Source: a virus
Taxonomy: Duplodnaviria; Caudoviricetes
Strand: one strand, 5' to 3'
Length of the DNA: 52,815 nucleotides
Virus record (IMG/VR): IMGVR_UViG_3300042868_004895
Coordinates: 1 to 52,815 of that record
Numbering within the stretch: the first letter of the stretch is position 1; each line of letters opens with the position of its first letter. Of this stretch, positions 26,001 to 35,725 are shown one piece after another. The notes beneath the pieces are model-generated. The model did no database searches, was not told where the DNA came from, and saw nothing but the letters and a program-made list of their open reading frames with translations. The position numbers and the translations under genes are program-made.

Positions 26001-26394
26001 CACCTAGGCTTGGCTTGTCAAAGTACTCGGCGTAACCGAAAGCGCGCGTCGCAGGATTGCCTTTAATCTCGTTCTTGTACAACTGGATGTTGTTCAGCAT
26101 CTGCGCACGCACGACGGCGGCGCGAGACTGCGCGCCTTTCGTTTTGGCTTCGAGTGCCACTTCAGTTGCGCTCTTGACCGGGCCCCTCGCCGCGTCGGCT
26201 TTTGCCTTTATGGCGTTAGCCACGGCTGTATCGGCGTCTGCGTTTGCCTTGCGGATTTGGGCGTCCATAGTCGCTTCATTGATTGCAATGTCCTGACCGC
26301 GCTTGACGCCTTCCTGCGACGTCTTGGTCCCTTCAGGGCTGCTGCTCTCGGCGGCCTTAGCCGCTTTGAGGTCTTTTGACCAAAAATCTGCCAT
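23086..26394 (-). CDS. Large putative DNA ejection (pilot) protein
   Basis: 1102 aa, Ala/Gly-rich; GQGLTFGFGDEI motif; TSPRLVGE; AGGAG RBS. Confidence 0.75.
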   Translation of the reverse strand: MADFWSKDLKAAKAAESSSPEGTKTSQEGVKRGQDIAINEATMDAQIRKANADADTAVANAIKAKADAARGPVKSATEVALEAKTKGAQSRAAVVRAQMLNNIQLYKNEIKGNPATRAFGYAEYFDKPSLGGIIPAIPQFENFTKANAAILPLIRPLVAQSAKEGDSDKEMEVFMAYIPQAGDSDRAIETKYAMLDMLISGMADGKPPSEVLALGTKPRGVDEVEASIRRELAPNEVKGYRLPQETEDRIRALYDQKKLTPETYAAVVMDGAIKAGVPTDEAFMADALVQGKTTVDNMNKDVGWGGFSYDLVDKEEKEGMGLLGASARGLVNLPYSALETFAETGKALTVNLPETAQFMGKVAGDIIGVTDGETIAAIGEHYANQYGTEQGFLEALAERPAEILMDASTVVGGLGSLGKVAKATELSKLLDPVRLATRVAKMPFQAGNVAAKAAGEVGANVLGVTTGAGAEAVKEAVRAGKAGGDKGKAFVENMRGGGDMEDILAQAREAVGNIRKDASETYRNGMVDVAKDKTILDFQPIYDRLGKLRDRAFMGDKVKNPSAAAVYEKAKGIVDDWAAGDPAQFHTPEGMDGLKQRLGDLSNDFATDNNRRASSIATGIYGEVRDVIAKQVPAYSKVMKQYQTAAEKLADIERSLSLKTGAPVDTSIRKLQSILRNNANTNYGRRADLGRTIEEAGADTMFPSLAGQQLNATTPRGLGAVTAGGGVMGAIPTGGTSLIALPLTSPRLVGEAAYAGGRFAGGVSDFAENLAGRTAPFADTVTNLASKYRLPAYGVVGAANAIEQASQPDEVRVTAVNGYPQQPSAEDLAARYQQAAPQAAPQAPVVDEVSIDAIKAAPEGIVVDKLTGREVTYDPDTDRRFYADTGEDYESPELGMYRGGHVQAFKNGGQPKAGYDYANAARTFGQGLTFGFGDEIEAKLRALASKDPKAYENEVKRIRLAQQGYAEANPMTAGGLEMAGMVGGAMLTPSLAALRVPGAVGRVAARAPRLSKLGVGLAEDALQGAAYSAGKAEPVRGKPETSRMRAVREDTPGNALTYMQMTGAGALGKKGFQKAVATKPGYQAALAVRNFARNPFAILRGR

Positions 26395-26411
26395 TTTAAT
26401 CTCCTGCGCCC

Positions 26412-27077
26412 TTATTGTTTCGGGATAACTTTACCGGCATCTGGGCCGGAAGGCACTACGTAATACTCGCCGATAGGGATTGCGTCGTACTGGGCCGGTG
26501 TCTTCGGGCGGTGTACTTCGTTCGGTATTTCGCGAAGGGCCCCCTTTGTGTCGATGTCGTACCTGTATGGCGCTTTAGTGCTTTTCTTCAACAGCGGCGC
26601 GGCCGTCTTCACAAGGTCCGCTGCGGTCTGCGCACGCTTGACGCCGTAGCCGTCGCTTTTCTCCATGTACGCGTCTTGAAACTGCGCCAGTTGCGCATCG
26701 CGCTGCAGGCGAGCCTTGCGCTCGGCGTCGGAGATGTCGCTGAACGCGCCGGAGATCTTGCCTATAGTGCCGCCGATACCCGTGTACTTCCTCGGTGCGA
26801 GGAGCGCCTTAGACAGCATGAATAGCTGTTCGGATTGCGTCGGGCCTTGGTTGCGTGCTTTGATGCGAGCCTCGCCAGCCTCGAAACGCTTCTTGTCGCT
26901 CGCTTCTTGCTGTGTCAGTGCGCCCATTTGCTGCTGGTACAATGACTGCAAGAGGCCCGGCAGTTTTGCTTGGTCGCCCAGTTGCGAAAAGTCGATGCCG
27001 CCGCTTTTGGCCGCCAAGTTGGACATCGCCGTTACCTGTTCTTGATCCTCGGCGCTGGTGTCGTCTTCGTACATCAT
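26412..27077 (-). CDS. Putative internal virion protein
   Basis: 221 aa helical protein inside the ejection cluster. Confidence 0.65.
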   Translation of the reverse strand: MMYEDDTSAEDQEQVTAMSNLAAKSGGIDFSQLGDQAKLPGLLQSLYQQQMGALTQQEASDKKRFEAGEARIKARNQGPTQSEQLFMLSKALLAPRKYTGIGGTIGKISGAFSDISDAERKARLQRDAQLAQFQDAYMEKSDGYGVKRAQTAADLVKTAAPLLKKSTKAPYRYDIDTKGALREIPNEVHRPKTPAQYDAIPIGEYYVVPSGPDAGKVIPKQ

Positions 27078-28153
27078 TTAATTCCCAACAGCTTATTGAG
27101 CGCCGATCCAGACTGCGAATTGCCCAATATACCACCGAGAGCAGCCAGCGCGCCGCCGACTGTCTCGCCTGTGCTCGGCTTAAGTTCTGGCTGGTAGCCG
27201 AGTGGCACGAGGCCTTCTTCCCTGCTCGCCTTCGGCACGCCAGCAGCAACGCCACCGAACGTCTGCAGCATAGCATTGATTTGCTCTTGCGGATAGCCCT
27301 GCTGACGCAGGAAGTCGCCGTATGCCACGTCGATGTTCTTCTGAGCCTGACCCTGCTGCGCCGCGCCGACTTGCTGCAGTGCGCCCGCACCGGTGATGCC
27401 GAGTGCCTGCGCCTGCGCGCCGAGTTCGCCGAGTTGTCCTGCGCCCGCAAGGTTGCGCGATATATCCTGCCCACCGAGGTTGCCTGCCGTACTGGCAAGG
27501 TTGGCTTGGCGCGCAAGGTCTGTGCTCGCAAGGCCCGTGGCGTCAGTAAAGCCGCTACGGAGGGCAATCGCCTGCTGTCCGAGGATGTCGGCGTTCGTGT
27601 CGCGGAGGGCGCGCGCCGTATCGGTCATCATTCCCGACGGCGTGCCACCCATGTTTTCGTCGCGTGGGCCGAAGCCGAGTTGGCCAGCCTTGACGTAACG
27701 TCCTTCAACGTCAGGCAAAAGATTTTCGTTTAGATTGCGTCGGCCCAATTCACCAATGCGGTTAACGACCTGATCCGTGTACGGGTTCATGTATTGGCCG
27801 ATGTTGGCAACACTGGTCTGCCCCGCCGCACCGAGGTACGGCTGCGCCGCGCCAAGGCCGCCCGGCGAGTTAATCGCGTTCGCCGTTGCGGTCGTGGCGG
27901 TGTTCAGCGCAGGCGCGTATGCGCCAGCCGCTTGACCTGCCATGTCGAACCCAGCCCGCATCGTCGGCGAGAACTCGGCTACGCGCGGCCCTTGATACGT
28001 GGGCATCGGCTGCGCGGCCTGCGCCTGCTGGTTCGACAGCAACTGCATGGCGTAGTTCGTGTACCAGTCAGGCAGCACGGTCTCGCTGGTGAGCGACTTG
28101 AACGTCGAGCCAGTGGGCAACTGCCCGTTATTGAGAAAGTCTGTAAGCGCCAT
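27074..28153 (-). CDS. Putative DNA transfer/ejection protein
   Basis: Q/A/G-rich; YMNPY; C-terminal hydrophobic GGALAALGGILG. Confidence 0.7.
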   Translation of the reverse strand: MALTDFLNNGQLPTGSTFKSLTSETVLPDWYTNYAMQLLSNQQAQAAQPMPTYQGPRVAEFSPTMRAGFDMAGQAAGAYAPALNTATTATANAINSPGGLGAAQPYLGAAGQTSVANIGQYMNPYTDQVVNRIGELGRRNLNENLLPDVEGRYVKAGQLGFGPRDENMGGTPSGMMTDTARALRDTNADILGQQAIALRSGFTDATGLASTDLARQANLASTAGNLGGQDISRNLAGAGQLGELGAQAQALGITGAGALQQVGAAQQGQAQKNIDVAYGDFLRQQGYPQEQINAMLQTFGGVAAGVPKASREEGLVPLGYQPELKPSTGETVGGALAALGGILGNSQSGSALNKLLGIK

Positions 28154-30438
28154 TATGCTGGTCCTCCGGCCAAGTACTGCTCTGGCCTTTTTGCGTTGTC
28201 ACTGAATTTGCCACGAGCGAGCTTCTTGCCCTTCTGCTTGCGGACTTTGACGCGGAAGCTGTCGAGCAGCTTTGCGCCTGCCTTGTTCGATCCGTTGCCG
28301 AGTAGAGCCACAGTCTCCGCGTCGATGACGTACTCGCCGTCCGAGAGGAGGGCGGGGATCTTGTCGTCGCGACCGTCACCGGCACCCTCGACGGCGAAGC
28401 CACCGCGTGCGAAGCGCATGTCATCGGCAGCGGGGGCGTACATCGAAGGGCCAGCGGGGTTGTTTGGCACCGGCGTTGTGACCGGCTGCGGCAATGCAAC
28501 CTGCGGCGCACGCACTGGCTGCGGCGCGAATGCGTCCTCGGCCGTTGTGCCCTCGTAGCCAGTGTATGCGCGGCTGGTGTTCGGCGCGCCTTGTGTGGCG
28601 TAATCGAAGAAGCTTTGCTCGGGGCCGTAGCCGTAGCGGTAATAGTTCTGCGGGCTGCGCATGCCTTGGCTTGCGAGTGTGGACGCAGGAAGCGCGCCGC
28701 CGCTAACGCCGCCCGGCAGGGTCGATGCGGGCAGTTGCTTGCTGAAGAGCGAGCTAAGAGCGCCCATGCCTGCGGGTATTTTGCCGCCGGAATTGCCGCC
28801 CTTATCGCCACCGAGTAGGCCGCCGATTGTGCTGACGCCAAGGCTGGCAAGGCGCAGATAGTCGGCGATGTCTTTAGCGGTGAGCTTCTTATCGGCTTCT
28901 GCGGGCTGCGTCATGTCCGGCAACGGTGTATCAAGGCCAAATATAGGGCCGTATGGGCTGACTGCGCCCGAACGCTGCCCAGTGACTTTAATAATTTCCT
29001 CGTCTGGGCCGTTAACCGCACGAAGTATTTCGGGCGACAGCGCGCTGTCGGGGATGACTACATTCGGCGAAAGTGGGTTTCGGAAGCGATTGCCTTCCGC
29101 CACAATCTCACGGGTAGCGGTATCCACGCCGTCAACCACCGAGCTAAGTGGCCCACGAGCGTCGTTGGTTGGGATTGATACGTTTGGCGTAACCGCGCCG
29201 AGGCGCTCCCCCGTTACCTTGATGATGTCTTCTTCAGACATCTGGTCGGGCTTAGGTTGCGCTGCCGAGGGGTTCACACCCGAAAGCACGCTTGCGGGTA
29301 TAGGGAACGCGGCGGCGAACGGCAAGCCTGAACCTGAGACGATTGTGGCTGGGGGTTCGAGTTCCGCCGGTTTGGCCGATGGAGATGACCCGCCGCCGAT
29401 TGGGACAGGGGCCGAGAAGCCGGTGTTTCCAGTGACCGTTGCTATCGGTGCGGGGCCGCTGGCGGCACTCGCGCCAGTGCTGCCAGCGCCAACATTAGGC
29501 CCTTGGCCTATACCCTTGATAGCGTCTTGTATACTTGGCGCTGCATACGCAAGAGCGCCAGAGGCAACGCCGCCAAGTAACGAGTTTTGCAAGTTTTTAC
29601 CTGTGGCCAAGCCGCCTGCGGTCGCGCCGAGGCCTACGCCGAGTGGTTTAGCCAACTTGCCTAAATCACCGATTGCCGGTATCTTAGGTATTAGCGCACC
29701 CCCAGCGGCAGTGAGGCCACCTAGTGCAGCACCTTTAAGGACATTCTGGCCTTTAAGCGCAGAACTTGCCCCGCCTGTGAGCGCCCCAAAAGCAAGCTGA
29801 CCCCCAAGAGTTTTAGCAAAATTAGCGCCAAGCAAAGCTGCGTTGACACCCGGTATAGCCATCATCGCCAGCGGCAGCACGGTGCCCGCCACATTGGCAA
29901 TCTCGCCCAACGTGCTCTTGTTCGACTTCTCGTTGGCAACGGTCGTGTATGCGCCCGACGGGTCCGCCGTCTGGATGACGTACTGGGCCTTACGGCCAAG
30001 GGTGTCAGACAAGTTCTGTCCTGCGGCAACGGCTTGCCGTGCGGCGTCATAGCCTGCACCTTCGAACACAACCTGATTGGTGCGGAGGTCAACGAGGCGC
30101 ACTGGCTGATCAGCTCCCATGACGAACGCATTGCCCGATTGCGCAGTGAAGTTGCCTTTGTTGGATAGCGGTGCAGCAATGTATTCGGTATTCGGATCGT
30201 CTGGGTATATTCCGCCCATCGCGCCGCCGCCAAAGTCTGTGCCGAAGTTCATTCCGTACAGGTTGTTCAGGCCGCTTAAGTCCAAACCGCTCAGATTGTA
30301 AGGCGCTGCGGCCTCCTGCGTCGTCGGCTCAACCATCGCCCGCTGTGGTACGGCAGGCTCCGCGTCCATGATCGGCGCGGGCCCGTACTCAGGCACGGAC
30401 GCTTCCAAATAGTTGCTGAAGCCGGGGATGTAATTCAT
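28153..30438 (-). CDS. Putative ejection protein with Gly-zipper hydrophobic segments and TonB-box-like repeats
   Basis: Start MNYIPGF (ATGA overlap); C-terminal FARGG..GAGDGRDDKIPALLSDGEYV. Confidence 0.7.
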   Translation of the reverse strand: MNYIPGFSNYLEASVPEYGPAPIMDAEPAVPQRAMVEPTTQEAAAPYNLSGLDLSGLNNLYGMNFGTDFGGGAMGGIYPDDPNTEYIAAPLSNKGNFTAQSGNAFVMGADQPVRLVDLRTNQVVFEGAGYDAARQAVAAGQNLSDTLGRKAQYVIQTADPSGAYTTVANEKSNKSTLGEIANVAGTVLPLAMMAIPGVNAALLGANFAKTLGGQLAFGALTGGASSALKGQNVLKGAALGGLTAAGGALIPKIPAIGDLGKLAKPLGVGLGATAGGLATGKNLQNSLLGGVASGALAYAAPSIQDAIKGIGQGPNVGAGSTGASAASGPAPIATVTGNTGFSAPVPIGGGSSPSAKPAELEPPATIVSGSGLPFAAAFPIPASVLSGVNPSAAQPKPDQMSEEDIIKVTGERLGAVTPNVSIPTNDARGPLSSVVDGVDTATREIVAEGNRFRNPLSPNVVIPDSALSPEILRAVNGPDEEIIKVTGQRSGAVSPYGPIFGLDTPLPDMTQPAEADKKLTAKDIADYLRLASLGVSTIGGLLGGDKGGNSGGKIPAGMGALSSLFSKQLPASTLPGGVSGGALPASTLASQGMRSPQNYYRYGYGPEQSFFDYATQGAPNTSRAYTGYEGTTAEDAFAPQPVRAPQVALPQPVTTPVPNNPAGPSMYAPAADDMRFARGGFAVEGAGDGRDDKIPALLSDGEYVIDAETVALLGNGSNKAGAKLLDSFRVKVRKQKGKKLARGKFSDNAKRPEQYLAGGPA

Positions 30439-30671
30439 GAGCTTGTACCTTCGAGCATTGGATATACACGCATTCCCCACTCACGCCAATCAGAGAACTG
30501 ATATGGATCAGGAATAATTTGCTGCGTAAATGGTGAGGCACGCAGTAGCCCGATTGCCCAGCCTTGCCACTCGGCCTCCTCGGGAGGCGTGCCGAATGCC
30601 CACGCGTCGTTGACGGACAGTATAACCGAACATGCCCAGTCTTGCCAAGTCATTCCGCGAGGGTCGATCAT
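30435..30671 (-). CDS. Hypothetical Trp-rich protein
   Basis: 78 aa, ATGA overlaps. Confidence 0.7.
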   Translation of the reverse strand: MIDPRGMTWQDWACSVILSVNDAWAFGTPPEEAEWQGWAIGLLRASPFTQQIIPDPYQFSDWREWGMRVYPMLEGTSS

Positions 30672-32443
30672 CCCAGTGTCGTCCCATCGCCCGGCTGGAC
30701 GTGCGCAAGCACGAGGCCCATCTGATAGTTACCACCGAGGGTGTTGCTCTCGAAGCGGAAGCGCAGCTCGCGGCGCTGTGTCTTAAGGAAGACGACCTGC
30801 TCCTGCGGCGTCTGCGGGGTCTCAACAAACGTCATGATTATGCCGTTCACTTCAGGCGCACGGGCGTTTGCTCGGCCCATAACCTGAACGGTCATGTCGC
30901 CGCTCTGCACGAAGTCTGGCTCAAGCATCAGCACTTGCATGGACTTGTTGATGCCCGACGTGACAGGCATGGACAGGTCCGCCGTCTCGAAATACGACTG
31001 TATCGGGTTGAGCGTCAGGCCGTCAACCTCATCCGTGCCGACCTCGTGAACCCAGAACTTGTACGGATTGTCGAAGGTCAGATTGAACGTGGCAGCGCTG
31101 CCCGAGCCACCCGTCACGCTGACAGGGTTGGCCGGTATTTCGGCGTACTGGCCTGCGTTGCTGATTGTTACGCCGGTAATGCCGCCTGAGCCGTTGACCG
31201 TGGTCACCGTCAACTCTGTGTCAATCTGGCCGAGGCCGCCCACAACGTCGAGGGTGTCGCCTGCGGTATAGCCGGTTCCTGCCGCGTTGATGGCGACGCC
31301 AACTGCTTGGGCCTCCTGCGGCGCAACGCCAGACAGGAGCGGCTTGCTGAACACGGCGGGGAATAGGCCCGCGCCGCGTCCGCCGTTTGGCAGCTCGGTG
31401 TCGTACCACGTATTTTCGCGCACGTTGTAGATGACGGCGTGGTTCGGTTCGATGCTGTCGCCGAACGGGAAGCACCACCATATCTCACCGAAGCGCGGAA
31501 CCTTATACGCAAACACCTTCTGGCGCTGCGCATAGTTAAGGTTGTCGAAGAAGAAGTTCAGGTTTAGGTTGTTCTCGACTTCGCGCACGACGCCGTTGAA
31601 AGTCAGGAAGCGGTCGGTACCAATCCAGTAAAAGATACCGTCGTATTCGATGACGCTGTTGGCCGCCAAGATTGATGACTGCGTGCTGATGGTGTCGAAC
31701 TGGAACACCGCCGTGCCGCCAACATACGTGCCGCGAATGAGGCTGTCCGCCGACCAGAACAGGCCCGACGGGCTGTTGCCGGGGCCGCCGCGCAGTGGCA
31801 TTCCCTTGACGATCTTTTGGCCTGTGATGTACGCGTTGCCCGCACCGGAGCTGGTGAAGTCGGCGGGGTCGTTAGGCACAGACCACGCCGCGTAGCCGTC
31901 GTTGCCGAAGGCGAATGTGTACGGCGGCAGTGTGACCACGCCGCCAGTGACGCTGAAGTTTGCGGGCACCGTGGTGACTTGCGTCAGGGCACTCGTGCCG
32001 AGCAGGTCGCCGACGAAGAGCGCGCCGCCGTCACTGTTGCAGATGCAGTTCAGGTTCGGCGCGACTTGCGCGACGATCTGGTTACCGTTGGTCGTGTCGT
32101 ACGCCGTGGCGAACTGCCACATGTTGCCGTCGTCTGTGGTGAAGCCTGACGACGGGGTGCGGTCGGTGATGACGCTCGTGTTGTACGTGGCGTCGATGAA
32201 GAAACGCTCAAGGCGGTCTGCCGAGCCTGCGTGAACGTATGTTAGCAGATCCTGCGTGTACTCGTGCAGCGCACGCGGCAGGCCGCGCAGGAATTTGTTG
32301 ATCGAGCGGTAGCCGCCAATCTTACGCGGCAAGCCGCGCTGGAAGCGGACCCACTGCCCGTCGACGTACTGGTCGCCCTCGAACTTGGTGCCGTCGCGCT
32401 TGATGCCGGGGGCGGAGCGTATCTGTACGATTTGTTCGGGCAC
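30668..32443 (-). CDS. Tail hub/nozzle (packaged-DNA stabilisation-type) protein
   Basis: PGIKRDGT, WVRFQRGLPRKIGG, FGEIWWCFP, VIYNVRENTWY; beta-rich; gene position. Confidence 0.65.
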   Translation of the reverse strand: MPEQIVQIRSAPGIKRDGTKFEGDQYVDGQWVRFQRGLPRKIGGYRSINKFLRGLPRALHEYTQDLLTYVHAGSADRLERFFIDATYNTSVITDRTPSSGFTTDDGNMWQFATAYDTTNGNQIVAQVAPNLNCICNSDGGALFVGDLLGTSALTQVTTVPANFSVTGGVVTLPPYTFAFGNDGYAAWSVPNDPADFTSSGAGNAYITGQKIVKGMPLRGGPGNSPSGLFWSADSLIRGTYVGGTAVFQFDTISTQSSILAANSVIEYDGIFYWIGTDRFLTFNGVVREVENNLNLNFFFDNLNYAQRQKVFAYKVPRFGEIWWCFPFGDSIEPNHAVIYNVRENTWYDTELPNGGRGAGLFPAVFSKPLLSGVAPQEAQAVGVAINAAGTGYTAGDTLDVVGGLGQIDTELTVTTVNGSGGITGVTISNAGQYAEIPANPVSVTGGSGSAATFNLTFDNPYKFWVHEVGTDEVDGLTLNPIQSYFETADLSMPVTSGINKSMQVLMLEPDFVQSGDMTVQVMGRANARAPEVNGIIMTFVETPQTPQEQVVFLKTQRRELRFRFESNTLGGNYQMGLVLAHVQPGDGTTLG

Positions 32444-32934
32444 TATACGCTCTCCAACTCGACGGTTACGGTGCCAGACGCGGTGTTGCTTAAGCTGTCC
32501 GTTACGGTGCAGCGGTACACCCCGCTCTTGAATATGTTAGCGGCAAGCGATGTGGTGAATGTGGTTGTAGCAGATGTCGGGCTGTTGATTGTGAAGACGT
32601 CGCCAGACACACGGGTCCAAGCGTACGTGTAGCCACCCGCGCCTCCCGACGCGGTTCCTGTGACAGGGTCACTGGTCAACGACCCGGCCCCAACGCGGGT
32701 GTTGTACGTATCGCTGGGGCTTACGTTTATCGCCAACGCGGTCGCGGCCGACGTACCGTAAAAGTTACGGATGCTGATCGCGCCGCTTGACGGCACCGCG
32801 CCGTACGTCCCGGTCGTACCGGGTGGAACTCGGCCTCCGCCAGCATAATACTCGTTCAACCCGATAGGGTTTACGCCGCCAAACTCAGTTTGGATGTTGG
32901 CGAGTGTGAGGGGGCCGCTGGTAGGCAGTGCCAT
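32443..32934 (-). CDS. Putative fibre-tip adhesin
   Basis: MALPTSGPLTLANIQTEFGGVNPIGLNEYY attachment-like N-terminus plus Ig-like C-terminus; follows the S74 fibre. Confidence 0.6.
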   Translation of the reverse strand: MALPTSGPLTLANIQTEFGGVNPIGLNEYYAGGGRVPPGTTGTYGAVPSSGAISIRNFYGTSAATALAINVSPSDTYNTRVGAGSLTSDPVTGTASGGAGGYTYAWTRVSGDVFTINSPTSATTTFTTSLAANIFKSGVYRCTVTDSLSNTASGTVTVELESV

Positions 32935-35723
32935 TATTTAGCTCCCCGTAGCTCGTCCACTTCAGCTTTTAACTCTGCGATGGCAGCGAACGCCACGGCG
33001 ACTAATTTCTCGTAGTCAACGGCCAGTGTGCCATCGTCACGAGTGCGGACGGCCAACGGGAAAACCGCCTGCACGTGCTGCGCGATGACACCGAAGTCGG
33101 ACTTCTGAACGAAGTAGCCGTCCTCGCCGCCATGCTCGGCGATGTACGCGTCCGTCCAGTCGAACGTCTTACCGCCAACCGCCGACACAACGCCGAGGGC
33201 GTTTTCAATCGGCTGCACGTTTTCCTTCAGACGGGCGTCCGAGGAGTAGTACGCCGTGACGTTGTTCGTTGCGCGGATCTCGCCCGCAGTGCCCGAACCG
33301 GCCGTGCCGACGCCGAGGCTGTTGACCTGATAGTTGTTGCTCGTGTTGAGCGCGTTTGCGGTGGTCGCCGTCGTTGCGGTTGTCGCCGAGGTAGCAGATG
33401 TAGCCGTCGCCGCGTTGCCGCTGATGCTGATGGCCCACGTGCCGCTTGCGCCTGAACCTGTGGTCGAGGGCACACCAAGCGCCGATTGCGCACCCGCAGC
33501 CGATGTTGCGCCTGTACCGCCGTTGGCGACCGCAAGCGTGCCTCCGAGCGTCAACGTACCGGACGTTGTGATTGGTCCGCCAGTCAGCGTCAGGCCCGTT
33601 GAGCCGCCTGAGCCAGAGACTGAGGTGACCGATCCGCCGCCCGCTGTAGCGGAGATGGTTATGCCGCCCGCACTGTTCGAGACAGATATGCCCGAGCCTG
33701 CGGTGAGCGTCGAGACGCTATAGCCAGAGCCGTTCCCGATCAGAAGCTGGCCGTTTACCGGTGTGGTCGCGACGCCGGTGCCGCCTTGGCCGACGGACAA
33801 CGCCGTGGTGAGGCCCGTCAGGGACGTGATGTCGGAGTTCGCGCCAGAGCCTGCCGCGCTGAGGGTAAGCCTCGCGCCGGAGGCACTGGTCGCGCCAGTG
33901 CCCCCAGACGCTATCGCTAAGGTTCCCCCTAGAGTGAGTGTGCCCGCGCCTGTGATAGGCGAGCCGGTGAAGGAAAGGCCGGTGGTGCCTCCCGACGCGG
34001 CCACGGAGGTAACGCTGCCGCCGCCCGAGGTGGACGCGATAGTGATCGATCCGTTGCCGTTGGTGACAGTGATGCCCGAGCCAGCCGTTATGGTTGCCTT
34101 CGTGAGCGTGTTGCCGGTGCTATTGCCGATGAGCAACTGCCCGTCGGTGTACGTCGTCTGGCCTGTGCCGCCGTTGGCGACGGGCAGCGCAGTGCCCGAG
34201 TACGACAACGCAAGCGTGCCAGTCGTCGTGACTGGCGAGCCGGATACGGTAAAGATGGACGGGGCCGACAAGGCCACGCTCGATACCGATCCACCGGCCG
34301 CCGCGCCAACGCCGTTGATGAAGAGGCCCGTGGCGTTGATGGTGCCCGCGCCCAGTGCGCCGCCGGTAGGCGCTCCAATCTGGATACCCGATGAGTTAAG
34401 CAGCGCGGTGATGTCCGAGTTCGCGCCGCTCGCAGCCGCGCCGAGGTTGGTGCGCGCAGCACCGGCGGTCGTTGCGCCAGTTCCGCCCTGCGCGACGGTC
34501 AACGCCGTCGTGAGGCCGGTGATTGCCGTGATGTCGGAGTTCGCGCCTGCGGCCGCAGCCCCGATGGCCGAACGCGCCGCAGCCGTTGTCGCCGCCGTAA
34601 ACACGGACGTGCCGATGCCTGTACCGCCGAGGTTGGTCAGCGCTGATGGCGCGTTGACCGCGCCCGTTCCGCCTTGGATGACGGGAACAACACCGGTAAA
34701 GGCCGCCGAGGTGGTCGCCGAGATGATGTTCGTGCCGTCGCAATACAGGATGGCCGTTGCCCCCTGCGTGACCAAAGTGGCCGCGCCACTGGCAGTCTTG
34801 ATGCCGAGTGTGAACGCGCCAGTCGTGGCGTTGTTCACCCAGTACTGCTGAACCGTTGCAGGCACAACGATGTTGACGTTGGACGTCAGCGTGCCTGTGA
34901 ACTTGTACGCAATACGGTTCAGCTCCGAGCCAGCGAGCGTGTACGTGCCGCCAGTGACGGCGATGGTCGTGTAGTCGAAGGCGAAGACCGCCTGCTGGCC
35001 GAGGCCGATAGTGTACCACTGGATGCCGTCGCTTACGACCACGGCGCTGTCGCCGGGCTGCAAGAGGAGCGTGGACGCGGCATTGATAAGCTCGGAGCCG
35101 GACGGGTCGACGGTGAGATCGCCTTGGCCGCCGTTGCGAACTTGCACGAACCAGCCATCGCCAGCGGCGACGGCGGTAGGCAGGTTCATCGTGCCGAGGC
35201 CGCCGTTCCAGACAAAGACCTTCGCTCGATCAGGCGCGGTCAACGAGTATGGCGTGGCGGAGAAGTCGATGACTTCGTAATTCTGTGCGAGTTCCGAGCC
35301 GTCTGCTACCAGACCGGCACCGGCCAGCGCGGCGGCCTGAGCCTGCGCCACAGCCGCGCCGTAGCGGAACGTGCGCCAGACACCGCCGATGGTGGTGTTG
35401 TCGATGAGGTACGCCTGCCACTGCTCGCCCGCGCCGATGCTCAGGATTGCGTTACCAGCGGCGTTGTCGATGGTGATTGTGTCGGGGCCGAGGTTGTTGA
35501 ACAGGATTGTCTGGCCGACGCTGACAGCGGTCGCGTCAGGCAGCGTGACGGTGAAAGGCCCCGTTGGTGTGATGTCGATGATACGCGCGACAACGCTGTC
35601 GCCCTCGCCTGCGCCAACCGGCCAGTTAAGCGCGATGTCGGCGGTGAGCGCCAACGCCAAGTACGAAACGTCTGCGGGGTATATCGTCGTGCCGCCGAAG
35701 ACTTGTGTGAAACTGCCAGACAT
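32934..35723 (-). CDS. Tail fibre with intramolecular chaperone (peptidase S74)
   Basis: GGTG and GANSDIT repeats; SSDARLKENV; FGVIAQ; VDYEKL coiled coil. Confidence 0.88.
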   Translation of the reverse strand: MSGSFTQVFGGTTIYPADVSYLALALTADIALNWPVGAGEGDSVVARIIDITPTGPFTVTLPDATAVSVGQTILFNNLGPDTITIDNAAGNAILSIGAGEQWQAYLIDNTTIGGVWRTFRYGAAVAQAQAAALAGAGLVADGSELAQNYEVIDFSATPYSLTAPDRAKVFVWNGGLGTMNLPTAVAAGDGWFVQVRNGGQGDLTVDPSGSELINAASTLLLQPGDSAVVVSDGIQWYTIGLGQQAVFAFDYTTIAVTGGTYTLAGSELNRIAYKFTGTLTSNVNIVVPATVQQYWVNNATTGAFTLGIKTASGAATLVTQGATAILYCDGTNIISATTSAAFTGVVPVIQGGTGAVNAPSALTNLGGTGIGTSVFTAATTAAARSAIGAAAAGANSDITAITGLTTALTVAQGGTGATTAGAARTNLGAAASGANSDITALLNSSGIQIGAPTGGALGAGTINATGLFINGVGAAAGGSVSSVALSAPSIFTVSGSPVTTTGTLALSYSGTALPVANGGTGQTTYTDGQLLIGNSTGNTLTKATITAGSGITVTNGNGSITIASTSGGGSVTSVAASGGTTGLSFTGSPITGAGTLTLGGTLAIASGGTGATSASGARLTLSAAGSGANSDITSLTGLTTALSVGQGGTGVATTPVNGQLLIGNGSGYSVSTLTAGSGISVSNSAGGITISATAGGGSVTSVSGSGGSTGLTLTGGPITTSGTLTLGGTLAVANGGTGATSAAGAQSALGVPSTTGSGASGTWAISISGNAATATSATSATTATTATTANALNTSNNYQVNSLGVGTAGSGTAGEIRATNNVTAYYSSDARLKENVQPIENALGVVSAVGGKTFDWTDAYIAEHGGEDGYFVQKSDFGVIAQHVQAVFPLAVRTRDDGTLAVDYEKLVAVAFAAIAELKAEVDELRGAK

Positions 35724-35725
35724 CT

